64,000 bases of DNA, from assembly GCA_963760795.1 (NCBI GenBank), contig CAVXEP010000020.1:32001-96000 (forward strand). The letters run 5' to 3'. This document shows positions 41,666-52,307 of the stretch, piece by piece (position 1 is the first letter of the stretch; every line of letters starts with the position of its first letter). Source of the stretch: an uncultured delta proteobacterium. Lineage in GTDB: Bacteria; Desulfobacterota; Binatia; UBA9968. The notes beneath the pieces are model-generated. The model had not been told where the DNA came from. It made no database searches and saw only the letters and a program-made list of their open reading frames with translations. The position numbers and the translations under genes are program-made.

Positions 41666-41976
41666 ATAGCCGCGACCATCGCATTTTCAGCAGTCAGGTC
41701 ATAGGGCGGCGAAGCCGCAACCGAAAAAAGAATGGCCGCAAAGAACGCAAAGGCGCAAAATAGAATCGGAAGTCGTAGTGGCGGGTTTGAAACCCGCCCT
41801 CTCGGCTTTGGCGCATCGAGAAATTTCCAAGCGCGCAAGCACGTGCCACTTTCTGAAACCTTCGTGTCGTTGGCGACCTTCGGCTAAGACCGACTTTTCT
41901 CTCGGTTGTCCCTTTGCCAACCATAACCGTTTTGTGATTAAAATCGAAAAAAGCGAATCTGCCAAGGAGTAATGCC

Positions 41977-43063
41977 ATGCCGATCATCGATGCCGACACT
42001 CATATCGACGAGACCGAAGCCACTTGGGAATATCTCCGCGACTTCGAGCAGGACTTCAAACCGATCACCCAGTATCCCAGCCGCGTCGATCCCTCGAAGA
42101 CACCGGCGCGCTATTGGCTGGTCGACGGTCATCGCCAGATGCGCTTCGTGCGCGATGACGGCAATACCCGCACCACGGTGGCGACCCGCGAGTTGCTCGA
42201 CGTGCCGGCGCGGCTGCGCGACATGGATGCCATGGGCACGGAAGTCCAAGTGCTTTATCCGACGCTATTCTTGATGGAAGCCACCGAGCGCCCGGAAGTG
42301 TCCACCGCCCTGCGCCGCAGCTACAACCGCTGGCTCGCCGACCGCTGCGCCGAGTCCCATGGCCGCTTGCGCTGGGTCTGCTTGCCGCCGCTGATGAACA
42401 TGGACGAGACCATCAAGGAACTACAATTCGCCAAGGATCACGGCGCCTGCGGCATTTTGAAAAAAGGCGATTTGGAAGCCGGCAAATGGCCCGCTGACCA
42501 ATATTTCACCCCGCTATACGAGGAAGCCAATCGTTTGGACTTGCCGATCTGTGTGCACATCGGCTCGGGCACACCGGACTTCGTGCCGGCGCGGGAATTT
42601 TCCCTGGGTTCGTTCATGCGCTCGCAGTTGCCGACCGTTCATGCGTTTCACACCATCATCCGTCACCAACTGCCGGTGAAGTATCCCAAGCTGCGCTTCG
42701 GTATTATCGAAGCCGGCTGCTCGTGGATCCCGTTTATCGCCTGGGAACTCAAACGACGCATGGAAAAAGCCGCCGACGGCTCCGGCTCATTCAGCCAGTT
42801 CGCCCGCTACTACGCTGTCATCCGACTTGCTCAAAGCCAACCGCATGTACGTCACCTGCCAGGTCGACGAAGACTTGCCGTATGTCCTAAAAGTCGCCGG
42901 CGAAGACAGCCTGATGGTCGGCTCCGACTACACTCACCGCGATTCGTCGATGGAGTACGAATTTCCGCGCCTGCTCAAAGAACGCGCCGACGCCGGCGAG
43001 ATTTCGAAGTCTGCGGTACAGAAGATTCTCTACGACAACGCCAAAACGTTCTACGGAATCTGA
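41977..43063 (+). CDS. Amidohydrolase family protein, apparent frameshift at about 42810
   Basis: IIDADTHIDE, CVHIG, IEAGCSW; C-terminal GSDYTH in ORF 42827..43063. Confidence 0.88.
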
Positions 43064-43134
43064 GAATTGTCAGCGGACAATGCCGAGCGCGTTATGAATC
43101 GCGCAAGCGCGGCGGCAACCCGAAGCAATCGCCG

Positions 43135-44235
43135 TCATTTGAGAAATTGGTTATAAAAGTAGTCAACCCAGTCGTTATTCTTATCGGATTGCAGATCCGG
43201 GTTTATGTAAATCGCCTTTTGAAATCTGCCACCGCCGGCTTTAAGATCGGCCTGCAAAGCGGGAACCCCCGGATGCGCGGGTAGATAGTTCACCGCTTGA
43301 AAAACTTTCTGTCCGGCCCTGGATAGCAAAAAATCGAGAAACAACATCGCCGCGTGGGGATGGGGCGCGTGCTTCGCTAAGCCGACCGTGCTTATCGTAG
43401 CCGGCACCGGCTCCAGCGCTTGCCACTCCGCGGGCGCGCCGGCAATTTTGCTGATATGAGCGTGATGGTTAAAAATCATCAGCCCGAGCGGATATTCCCC
43501 GGCAATGACCAAGTCCAAAATCTGTCTGTTAGCGGCTGCGTTATTGGCGATACTTTGCGCTTTTAACTTTTGCAGATAGGACTTGCCTGCGTTGTCTCCC
43601 ATTGTCAGCAGCGCGTTGCCGATGAAAAGCGGCGCTCCCGAGGTGCGGTTTGTCGACCACATCATCTGATTTTTCCAGCGCGGATTGAGCAGATCCTCGT
43701 AGGTTCTTGGCACCTCGTTGGGTTTGACCATCCTGCTGTTGTATCCAAGAGTCATGAAATAGACATTGCTCACACCCCAAAATCCTTGCGGGTCCTTGAG
43801 CTCGGCGGGATACTCGGCCGAGTGCGGCGAGAGAAACTTTTGCAAATAGCCCGCCTGCCGCGCCACCGTCGTGGCGCCGCTGCCGCTGATGACATCGACG
43901 TCGTATCTCTTCGCTTGATACTCGGTGAGGATTTTCTGGCCTAGGCGGTCCGAATTTGCGCGAAAAAACTCAAGTTGGATAAACGGATACTCCTTTTCAA
44001 ACGCCGCTTTCAGCGGACGGACGACCTGATCGACGATCAGTGCCGTGTAAAACATCAGCCTGGCTTCCTTCTTGGCCCCATCGACAAGAATCTTTTGGCG
44101 CCCGGCCGATTTAAGCAAAGCAATCTCTTCCATTGTCGCGGCGGTCGCGAACGGAGTCCACAAGAACGCTCCAAGCGCCATCGCCACCAGCAGGTAACCT
44201 GATTGAAGAATCGACCGTGGCTGTTGACCGGTCAT
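43135..44235 (-). CDS. ABC extracellular solute-binding protein
   Basis: Close paralog of the genes at 40574, 46656 and 57084; APHPHAAMLF. Confidence 0.9.
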   Translation of the reverse strand: MTGQQPRSILQSGYLLVAMALGAFLWTPFATAATMEEIALLKSAGRQKILVDGAKKEARLMFYTALIVDQVVRPLKAAFEKEYPFIQLEFFRANSDRLGQKILTEYQAKRYDVDVISGSGATTVARQAGYLQKFLSPHSAEYPAELKDPQGFWGVSNVYFMTLGYNSRMVKPNEVPRTYEDLLNPRWKNQMMWSTNRTSGAPLFIGNALLTMGDNAGKSYLQKLKAQSIANNAAANRQILDLVIAGEYPLGLMIFNHHAHISKIAGAPAEWQALEPVPATISTVGLAKHAPHPHAAMLFLDFLLSRAGQKVFQAVNYLPAHPGVPALQADLKAGGGRFQKAIYINPDLQSDKNNDWVDYFYNQFLK

Positions 44236-44295
44236 CTCGCTACCTCCTCAGAACTTAGTCTCCCGTCCATGAGTGCGGCAATTTCACGAACGTCG

Positions 44296-45066
44296 TCACT
44301 GCTTCCGGGTCGCCGCGAGCTTTTGATAATTCCACGTTCCGTCGCGTTGCGGCGGGCGGCCTTTGAGGACATCTTTGAAATGCGGCTGTTCGTACAGCGG
44401 TGTGCGATTGGACATCTCGTCGACTAAGTTGCCAGGCAAGCTTTTATAATCCTTGCCCTCAGCGCAATAGGCCAGGTAATTCATCCGCGCCTGTTCTTCC
44501 AAGTACGCCATGCCCATCACCGCTTCGGACGGATTCTTTCCCGTCGTCACCGCGCCGTGGCCATAAAGCAGCATCGCTTGGCTCTCGCCCAACAGATTTG
44601 CCACCTCCATGCCTTCGGCGTCGCTCTGAATCGTCTTGACGTGGGGATAAATCGGCAACGGCCGCTGCACCAGCTGCGCGCCTTCCTGACACATCGGCTT
44701 TAGCCCGCCGGTCAGGATGCTCATGAGTATCGTGTAGCGCGGATGCACGTGCACGACCGCCTGCACGTTCGGATGCGTCTTGTAAATGCAGGCGTGGATT
44801 TTGACTTCCGAGCACTGCGTCAGCCCGGTACGCCCGCCGATCTTGAAACCCTCGGTGTCGCACATGACCATGTCATCGGCCTCCATCACCGCCAGCGCGT
44901 CGTACTCGTACTCGCGTCCTTTGACGAAAAAATGATTGGGCTCAGTGGGAATGCGCATACTCGCGTGGCCAAAGGCGGCGGCAAACCCGGTGGCTAAGCC
45001 AAGATTGGCGAGCACTCGGTTCGCCGCTGCCACCTCGCGTTTTACGTCTTCATTGTCTGAATTCAT
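44296..45066 (-). CDS. Class II aldolase/adducin family protein
   Basis: FGHASMR, EVKIHACIY, VVHVHP, GHGA. Confidence 0.9.
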   Translation of the reverse strand: MNSDNEDVKREVAAANRVLANLGLATGFAAAFGHASMRIPTEPNHFFVKGREYEYDALAVMEADDMVMCDTEGFKIGGRTGLTQCSEVKIHACIYKTHPNVQAVVHVHPRYTILMSILTGGLKPMCQEGAQLVQRPLPIYPHVKTIQSDAEGMEVANLLGESQAMLLYGHGAVTTGKNPSEAVMGMAYLEEQARMNYLAYCAEGKDYKSLPGNLVDEMSNRTPLYEQPHFKDVLKGRPPQRDGTWNYQKLAATRKQ

Positions 45067-45308
45067 TTCTCTCTCCTTCTAGCGCGAGCGCGTTCTTTCA
45101 CGCCCGCTGGTTATGCCGTTTTGTATTTGTGCTTCTTGATTCGAATTGCAAAACTCGTCCTGAACGAATGTGCAGGATCTTGATCTACCTGACTCCCAAC
45201 TCCCGCCGCTTTGCGAATCGATGGATAACTGATTCCCCTCAAGGCCGCCTCGCGATCCATTTTCATTACGCTGATCGAGGTTTTGCTCCGTCCGCGGTAA
45301 TTGGGCGA

Positions 45309-45719
45309 TTAGAACGACACGCACGAACGGGCCGTCACTCGAAGCACCGACTCTTGTTGAAATTGTTCCTTGTACACGGCGACGAGCTCTCGAACATTCT
45401 TTTCGAAGCGTTCCTCGTTGGGATGAATAATTTGCACCACGTAGGTTGCCTCTCGAGCCATCGTGCCATTTTCCATATTCCACTGCCCCGACGCTCGAAA
45501 CACGGTGAGCCCCTGCGGAAACCGAGGAGTGATGACATCTCCAAGGAATTGATTCCATTCCTCTCCCGTAACCACGCCATCTGGTTTGGCGGTACCGAAG
45601 TACAGCGAATTATGAATGGCAAATTGCTCCTCGCTCCGACAGTTTTCCTGGCGCAGTGACATGCATGCGGGCAACCAGGCCGCAATAGCAACGACAAGCG
45701 TGATTTGCGAAAACTGCAT
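45309..45719 (-). CDS. DUF3574-like exported/lipoprotein
   Basis: LYFGTAKPDG, FLGDVITPRFPQGLTV, GQW, FQQESVLR. Confidence 0.82.
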   Translation of the reverse strand: MQFSQITLVVAIAAWLPACMSLRQENCRSEEQFAIHNSLYFGTAKPDGVVTGEEWNQFLGDVITPRFPQGLTVFRASGQWNMENGTMAREATYVVQIIHPNEERFEKNVRELVAVYKEQFQQESVLRVTARSCVSF

Positions 45720-45897
45720 GGCTACAACGAGATATCCCATCAATCAATATTCTTCGCAACGCGCAATTCAACTTAGCCTGAACCATCTGCGTACCCTCAG
45801 CGAAATTACTCTTGCCCGAATTGACCCACCCCCGCGATGCCCTGGCGATGGAAAATCTCCGGTCTCAGTTTCCCGCCCAACCGGCAGCGAGTTTCCC

Positions 45898-46644
45898 CTA
45901 GCCAGGTTTCACGGCGACGAGGTTGACCAGCGTTTCTTCCCGCTGCGCCGGGACGCCGAAGCCAAACCACTCGAAGGCGCCGAGATCAGACCGACTCCAC
46001 CACAGATAGGGTAGCGACACATTCTGGGAACCAAAAGTAAAACCTTGATCCCGAATCATCGCCTGGTACTCCGCCGCGCTACGCTGCACATGCATCGGAT
46101 GGCGAAACAACAGGCGAATGATCCATGAGTGGATATAGGCGCGAGTCGATTCGGCGAACAACAATAACCCGCCGGGTTTGAGCACGCGAAACATTTGCGC
46201 CAATGCCATTCGCTGTCGCGATAGATGGTGAAAGGTCTGATGGCAAAACACCAAGTCCACGCTGGCATCGGCGACATCGAGCGCCGCGATATCGCAATGA
46301 CGCAGTTCTATCGGAATTTTTTCTTTCAACGCTTCAGCCTGGGCATGTTGCAGACATTTCACTTCAGCGTCGACACCGATCAAGCGCTGTGGCGAGAAAT
46401 GCTCGATCAACAGCCGGAAGGACTTGCCTTGCCCGCATCCCGCGTCGAGCACGATCGGATAGGATGGCTGGCGTTGCGGCATCAGTCGTTCCAAATCGTC
46501 AAGCGCAACTCTCAGCACATGGGTGGTCCAAGTCTGGGTGCCGAGAAACCAAAAGCCAATCCTGGTCTCCGGTACGAAGGCTATGTCAGCAGCGCTATGA
46601 GTTGTCTTCATACCTATGAACTGAACATTCATCGAGTCGTTCAA
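45898..46644 (-). CDS. Class I SAM-dependent methyltransferase
   Basis: LDAGCGQG, HQTFHH, RVLKPGG. Confidence 0.9.
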   Translation of the reverse strand: MNDSMNVQFIGMKTTHSAADIAFVPETRIGFWFLGTQTWTTHVLRVALDDLERLMPQRQPSYPIVLDAGCGQGKSFRLLIEHFSPQRLIGVDAEVKCLQHAQAEALKEKIPIELRHCDIAALDVADASVDLVFCHQTFHHLSRQRMALAQMFRVLKPGGLLLFAESTRAYIHSWIIRLLFRHPMHVQRSAAEYQAMIRDQGFTFGSQNVSLPYLWWSRSDLGAFEWFGFGVPAQREETLVNLVAVKPG

Positions 46645-46655
46645 CCCCCCGGGCC

Positions 46656-47738
46656 TCAGCGCAAAAATTCCTTCTCAAAATAATCCGCCCATTCATTGCT
46701 CTTGTCGTAGAGCAACTCCGGGCTGAGATAATTGGCTTTCTTGAAGCGCACGCCGGGTTTCAGATCGGCCTGCAGGGCGGGGATTTCGGGATGGGCCGGC
46801 AAATAATTGGCGGCTTGAAATACCCGCTGGCCTTTGCGCGAAAGCACGAAGTCGAGAAACAGCATCGAGGCATGCGGATGGGGCGCGGTTTTGGCAATGC
46901 CGATGGAATTGTTGGTCGCGGTCACCGGTTCCAGGGGATGCCACTCCACCGGGGCACCGGCGGCTTTGCTGATAAACGCATGGTGGTTAAAAATTTGAAT
47001 CGACAGCGGATATTCGCCGGCGATGACCAGGTCGAGTATCTGCCGCGCGCTGGCGGTGCTCTTGGCGATGTTTTGCTGTCGCAATTTTTGCAGATAAGCC
47101 TTGCCGGCTTCCTGACCCATGCTGGTGAAAATGTTGCCGACGAATTGCGGCGCGCCCGAGCCCCGGCTGGTGGACCACATCATTTGGCCTTTCCAGCGGG
47201 GATTGAGCAGGTCTTCATAGCTCTTCGGCAACTCGGCCGCTTTCACCAGGCGCGTGTTGTAACCCAAGGTCATGAAGTAAACGTTAGTGCTGCCCCAGAA
47301 ACCGTTGGCATCTTTCAACTCGCGCGGGTACTCGGCGATGGGCGGCGAATAGAAACGCTGCATTATCCCGGCGCGCTGCAACATGGTCGCGGCGGCGCTG
47401 CCGCTGACGATATCGACCTCGTAGCGTTTAGCCTGGTGCTCGGCCAACACCCGCTGGGCTAGGCGGTCGGCGTTGGCGCGAAAAAACTCGATTTGGAGAA
47501 ACGGATATTCCTTCTCGAAGGCATCCTTCACCGGGCGCACCACCTGATCGACGATCAGTCCGGTGTAGAATGTAACCTTGCCCTCTTTTTTCGCGCCTTC
47601 GACGAGAATCTTTTCGCGATTGGGCGATTTCATTAAAGCGATTTCTTCCACCGTCGCCGCGTGCGCCACAGTGGCGGGAACCGCCGCCACGGCGGCGGCC
47701 AAAGCCAAGAGTAAGCGCATGAACAGATTGCCAAACAT
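46656..47738 (-). CDS. ABC extracellular solute-binding protein
   Basis: EGAKKEGKVTFYTGLIVDQVVRP; close paralog of the gene at 57084. Confidence 0.9.
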   Translation of the reverse strand: MFGNLFMRLLLALAAAVAAVPATVAHAATVEEIALMKSPNREKILVEGAKKEGKVTFYTGLIVDQVVRPVKDAFEKEYPFLQIEFFRANADRLAQRVLAEHQAKRYEVDIVSGSAAATMLQRAGIMQRFYSPPIAEYPRELKDANGFWGSTNVYFMTLGYNTRLVKAAELPKSYEDLLNPRWKGQMMWSTSRGSGAPQFVGNIFTSMGQEAGKAYLQKLRQQNIAKSTASARQILDLVIAGEYPLSIQIFNHHAFISKAAGAPVEWHPLEPVTATNNSIGIAKTAPHPHASMLFLDFVLSRKGQRVFQAANYLPAHPEIPALQADLKPGVRFKKANYLSPELLYDKSNEWADYFEKEFLR

Positions 47739-47963
47739 AACCGTTCCTCCTCTGACCGCAGTTTAGGCGATCATCTTGCCAAATAAGTTGCCAACGACTT
47801 CATGGCGCAAGCTAGACCTGCTGTCGCCTCGCTGTCAAGTATGGCCCCGGCAGCGCGAAAAACGGTCGCACTGAATTTTTCTTGCCAGTCGGCCGATTCA
47901 TGGTAAGGTCCGGCCAAATTAGCTGAGCGAAACCACCGCGGCAATTTTCTCGGGAGAAATATC

Positions 47964-49146
47964 ATGCCGGAACAAGCCATCAAAGATAAAACCGCCATCG
48001 CCGGTATCGGCTGGACGGCGTTTACACGCAAGTCGGGGGTGCACACATTGACGCTCGCCGCAGAGGCGAGTCTCAACGCCATCGCCGATGCCGGACTTGA
48101 GGTGCAGGATATCGACGGCGTCGTTTCGTATTTTCACAAGCGGCCGGAGTCTAAAGAGGTGTCCGAGCTGACGCAGATGTTGGGCATCAAGAATTGCAAC
48201 TTTCAGCTCTACAGCGACGGCGGCGGCGGTTGGAACTGCGCCGCGGTATTATCCGCGGCCATGCTGGTGCACTCGGGCGTCTGTAAGAACGTTCTGGTGT
48301 TCAAAGCGCAGAATCGCTACAGCGAAGGCCGCGCCGCGCGCAGCCGAGCGCGCCCATGACGTGAGCGGTCCCGATCAGTTTACGATGCCCTTCGGCCAGC
48401 ACCATGCCGCGGCCCATTTCGGCCCCCACGCCACCGCGCACATGGCGCGCTACGGCACCACGTCGCTCGACTTCGCCCATCTCGCCGTCACCGAGCGCAG
48501 CCACGCCATGCTCAACAAGAAAGCCATGATGCGCAAGCCGATGACCATCGAAGAACATCAGGCGTCGCGTTGGATCATTTATCCATTTCGCCTGTTCGAC
48601 TGCTGCCAGGAAACCGACGGCGCCGTGGCGCTGGTGGTGACTTCCGCCGAGCGAGCGCGCGACCTGAAACACGCGCCGGTCTACATCATGGCCGGCGTCG
48701 GCGGCACCAGCCAGCCCGCCGGTTGGTGGGAGACCAATGGCGTGAATACGGCGCCGCGACTTTACGAAGGCGCCGGCATCACGCCGCGGGATGTCAGCTT
48801 CGCCGAGATTTACGATCCGTTCACGTTCATGTGCATGACCCATCTCGAGGATTTAGGAATGGTACCCAAAGGCGAGATTGGCCCATGGGTTCGCGCCGGA
48901 AATAATCGCCTCGATGGCTCGCTGCCAGTGAATACCCACGGCGGCCTGTTGTCGGAAGGACATATCGCCGGCCTCAACCATTTCATCGAAGCGGTGCAGC
49001 AGCTACGCCCCGAAGGCGTCGTCGACGATCTCTGCGATGGGCCGCACAGCTACGACCGCGCCACCTGCCGCCAGGTGCGCGATCCGCAGATCGCGCTGCT
49101 CTGCGGCGAATGCGTCGACAGCGCCATGCTGCTGAGAAAGGCTTGA
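47964..49146 (+). CDS. SCP2-thiolase-like / Ltp2-like protein, apparent frameshift at about 48345
   Basis: TAIAGIG, DCCQETDGAVA, IYDPFT, NTHGGLLSEGH. Confidence 0.87.
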
Positions 49147-49148
49147 GT

Positions 49149-49565
49149 ATGAACGCCTACGCCAAACCGCTGCCCCGCACCGATGTCGACACGCAACCAT
49201 TTTGGGATGCTTGCAAGCTTCACGAACTGCGCGCCCAACGCTGCAACGATTGCCAGCACTTCCGCTGGCCGCCCCAAGCATTTTGTCCCGAGTGTTATTC
49301 GTGGAAGTTTGAATGGACCCGCCTGGCGGACACCGGCAAGGTTGCAACCTTCGTCGTGGTTCATTACGCCGCGATCACGGCCTTTCAACCCGACCTACCC
49401 TACGTCGTCGCCCATATCGCCATCGACGGCACCGACGGACGCGTGCAGCTCCTCAGCAACGTCATCGACTGCCCGTGGCAAGAAGTGAAAGTCGGTATGG
49501 CGGTAAAGGCAGTGTTCGAAGATGTGACGCCGGAAGTGACGTTGGCGAAGTTCAAACCGGCTTAA
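49149..49565 (+). CDS. DUF35 Zn-ribbon/OB-fold protein
   Basis: PFW, CNDC...CPEC, PYVVA, VKVGMAV. Confidence 0.92.
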   Translation: MNAYAKPLPRTDVDTQPFWDACKLHELRAQRCNDCQHFRWPPQAFCPECYSWKFEWTRLADTGKVATFVVVHYAAITAFQPDLPYVVAHIAIDGTDGRVQLLSNVIDCPWQEVKVGMAVKAVFEDVTPEVTLAKFKPA

Positions 49566-49634
49566 CCAGGACGGCTCCCGCTCGATTCTTCCGCGTGACA
49601 TGAATCACCAATTTTTCCATGGAGGTGATCACCT

Positions 49635-50798
49635 ATGCCTGGCGCATTAGAAGACATTCGCGTGATCGATTTCACCCACGCGCTCAATGGCCCTTTTTGC
49701 ACGATGCTGCTCGGCCACCTCGGCGCCGAGATCATCAAGATCGAGCCGCCGAGCGGCGACAGTTTTCGCCGTATCTGGATGCCACCCGACGCCAAAGTCG
49801 ACGGCTACGAGTTTCTCTGGATCAACGTCAACAAAAAAAGTGTCGCCCTCGATCTCAAAAGCGAACGGGGCCGTGAGCTGGCGCGGCAGCTCATCGCTTG
49901 CTCCGACGTGTTGGTCGAAAATTACTACAAGGGCACCATGGAACGCTTTGGTCTCGACTATGAATCCGTCAAGAAGATCAACCCGCGCCTGATCTATGCC
50001 TGCTCGCGCGGCTATGGCGATTGGGGCCCCTATTCGAACTACGGCAACACCGCCGCCAGCAACAACAGCATCGCCGGCTGGACGCACACGGCGTGGCAGG
50101 AAAGCGGCGTGGAGGGAGCGCGCGCGCTGGGTATCGGGGATGAAGCTGCCGGCGTCAGCATGGCCCTGGGAATCTTAGCGGCGCTGCACGCGCGCCAACA
50201 CACCGGCGAAGGCCAAAAGCTCGTGGTCTCCATGCAGGAAGCGGTGCTGGGTTTCATGGTCAGCTCGATGCACGAATTTTTTACCGGGAACAAGGTCGGC
50301 GGTCAGCCGATGAAAGTTGCCGACGGCTATTTCACAATGCGCATGGCGGATTTAAGCGATGCCAACTGGGCCAAGCTCGCCCGCTTGATTGGCCAGGATA
50401 ATCTTACTACCGACGCGCGTTTTGCAACGGCCGCGGCGCGCCGCCAGAATCATGCCGCGCTGGAGGCAATCATTCGAGCCTGGGCGCGACAAAAAACTCG
50501 CCAAGAGATTTGGCAAGGACTCCGCGACCTCGGTTACTTTGGCGCACCGGTCCTGTCACTTGGCGAGGTAATGGAAGATCTCCATATCAGAACCCGCAAA
50601 GCCTTTATCCAACGCGACCACCCCAGCGCGGGAGCCACCACCCTGCTGGCGCCCTGGATTCACCTCTCGAAAACGCCGGCGACCATTCATGACGATGCGC
50701 CGGCGATCGGCCAGCACACCGACGAGGTACTTGGCAAGCTTCTCGGCGTGAGCCCGACGGAGCTAAGCGATCTGCGCCAGCAAGGTGTCGTAAAGTGA
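49635..50798 (+). CDS. CaiB/BaiF (class III) CoA transferase
   Basis: [39 protein letters not shown]. Confidence 0.93.
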   Translation: MPGALEDIRVIDFTHALNGPFCTMLLGHLGAEIIKIEPPSGDSFRRIWMPPDAKVDGYEFLWINVNKKSVALDLKSERGRELARQLIACSDVLVENYYKGTMERFGLDYESVKKINPRLIYACSRGYGDWGPYSNYGNTAASNNSIAGWTHTAWQESGVEGARALGIGDEAAGVSMALGILAALHARQHTGEGQKLVVSMQEAVLGFMVSSMHEFFTGNKVGGQPMKVADGYFTMRMADLSDANWAKLARLIGQDNLTTDARFATAAARRQNHAALEAIIRAWARQKTRQEIWQGLRDLGYFGAPVLSLGEVMEDLHIRTRKAFIQRDHPSAGATTLLAPWIHLSKTPATIHDDAPAIGQHTDEVLGKLLGVSPTELSDLRQQGVVK

Positions 50799-50898
50799 CT
50801 AGGGGCCACACGCGAGATTGCCGCGAAGGAAGGGTAGCAAAGCAGATCGTGTGAAACTAACTCCATCCTAAGATTCTAACCGAAATGGCGGGTGAACC

Positions 50899-52038
50899 AT
50901 GAAATACCGGCATTACGCGGGCAGTGCTTATCTCCGGGGTTTTACCTTGCTGCTGATTTGCCAGCTGAATTTTCCCACCACCGCCGCTTTTTCTCAGAGC
51001 GCGACGGGCTGGAAAGCCAAGTGGGACAAGGTGCTTGGCAGCGCCAAGAAAGAAGCAACGGTGGTCGTCTGGGGGCCGCGCGGCGATATCATCCGCAACG
51101 CGCTGGTTCAAGGCTTCAAGAAAGCAATCGGCGAGATTGATGTCGAGTACTTGGCCGCCAGCGGCAGCGAGTTCGCCGCCAAAGCAAGGGCGGAGCGGGC
51201 CGCTGGGCTCTATAGCGTCGATGTCGTGCTCGCCGGCAGTACGACGGCGATCTGGTATTTCAAACCCATGGGGGCCCTCGAACCCATCGAACCGATTTTG
51301 CTATTGCCTGAGGTAACCGAGGGAAAAAACTGGCGCGAGGGCAGGTTGGAATTCTCAGACGAGCCCAGGCGTACGAATCTGGTTTTTGTCACCCACGCGC
51401 AGTTTCCAGTGATCTACGATCCCGCCCAGGTCAAAGCCGATGAGGTCGATGAGCTCAGTGACCTGCTCGAGCCAAAGTGGAAAGGCAAATTTATTTTGAG
51501 CGATCCGCTTCCCGCCGGTCCGGGAAATTCATTTTTCCGGCTCATCTGGGAGAACCTCGGGCCGGACAAGGCAACCGATTATTACAGAAAACTTCGCGGC
51601 CAAATCGGCGCCGTGGACCGCGACGCGCGGCGCCTCATCGAGTGGGTGGCGCAAGGGCGGTTTGCCGTTGGACTGGGTGCCAATAGCTCGATTGTCGAAC
51701 AGTTGCAAAAGCGTGGGCTGGTGGTCAGCGTGATGCCCTATTTCAAAGACATTGGCACCCATGTCGGTGCCGGCAGCGGCACGATCATGCTCATGAACAA
51801 GGCGCCGCACCCCAACGCCGCCGCGATTTTCATCAACTGGCTGCTCAGCAAAGACGGCCAGACATCATGGACCAAAGCCGACAACGATCTCAGCCGCCGG
51901 ATCGACGTGCCGTCCGACAACGTACCGCCATATCGTTTGATCAAACCAGGTGTGCCGTACTGGCGCGGCTACCTGGAAAAGAACGTGCCCCGTTCAGAAG
52001 AAGAGGAGAAACTGCTTAAGGAGCTTTTCAGCAAGTAA
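50899..52038 (+). CDS. ABC extracellular solute-binding protein
   Basis: WDKVLGSAKKE, LLEPKWKGK, APHPNAAAIFINWLLS. Confidence 0.9.
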   Translation: MKYRHYAGSAYLRGFTLLLICQLNFPTTAAFSQSATGWKAKWDKVLGSAKKEATVVVWGPRGDIIRNALVQGFKKAIGEIDVEYLAASGSEFAAKARAERAAGLYSVDVVLAGSTTAIWYFKPMGALEPIEPILLLPEVTEGKNWREGRLEFSDEPRRTNLVFVTHAQFPVIYDPAQVKADEVDELSDLLEPKWKGKFILSDPLPAGPGNSFFRLIWENLGPDKATDYYRKLRGQIGAVDRDARRLIEWVAQGRFAVGLGANSSIVEQLQKRGLVVSVMPYFKDIGTHVGAGSGTIMLMNKAPHPNAAAIFINWLLSKDGQTSWTKADNDLSRRIDVPSDNVPPYRLIKPGVPYWRGYLEKNVPRSEEEEKLLKELFSK

Positions 52039-52043
52039 CGCGG

Positions 52044-52126
52044 CTGCCCGTGCAAGAAGTCAAAGTCGTCTGGCGGTGCAGGCAGTATTCGAAGACGTGA
52101 CGTCCTGGATGACGCTGGCGAAGTTC
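52044..52126 (+). pseudogene. Displaced copy of the 3' tail of the DUF35 gene
   Basis: 70 of 85 positions identical to 49469-49553 by manual alignment. Confidence 0.88.
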
Positions 52127-52307
52127 CACGACGAATTCGCGAGCAATGGCGAAGATCCTCATCCCATTTTGGTCCGCGGGGCCGCTTTTCGATTGTCACA
52201 TACGTGTAGGGGCGCCGACCGGCGTGTCGGCCCTCCGAAATGGCGGTCACCCTTCGACTCGGCTCAGGGCCGGCGCCGGTCCGCCCTACCATTAAATGCT
52301 GCTTTCT

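Noticed and set aside
48357-48361. TGA between the two thiolase ORFs as a third Sec codon
   Set aside because: The downstream ORF is in a different frame (an indel), the position is not Cys-equivalent and no SECIS-like hairpin follows.
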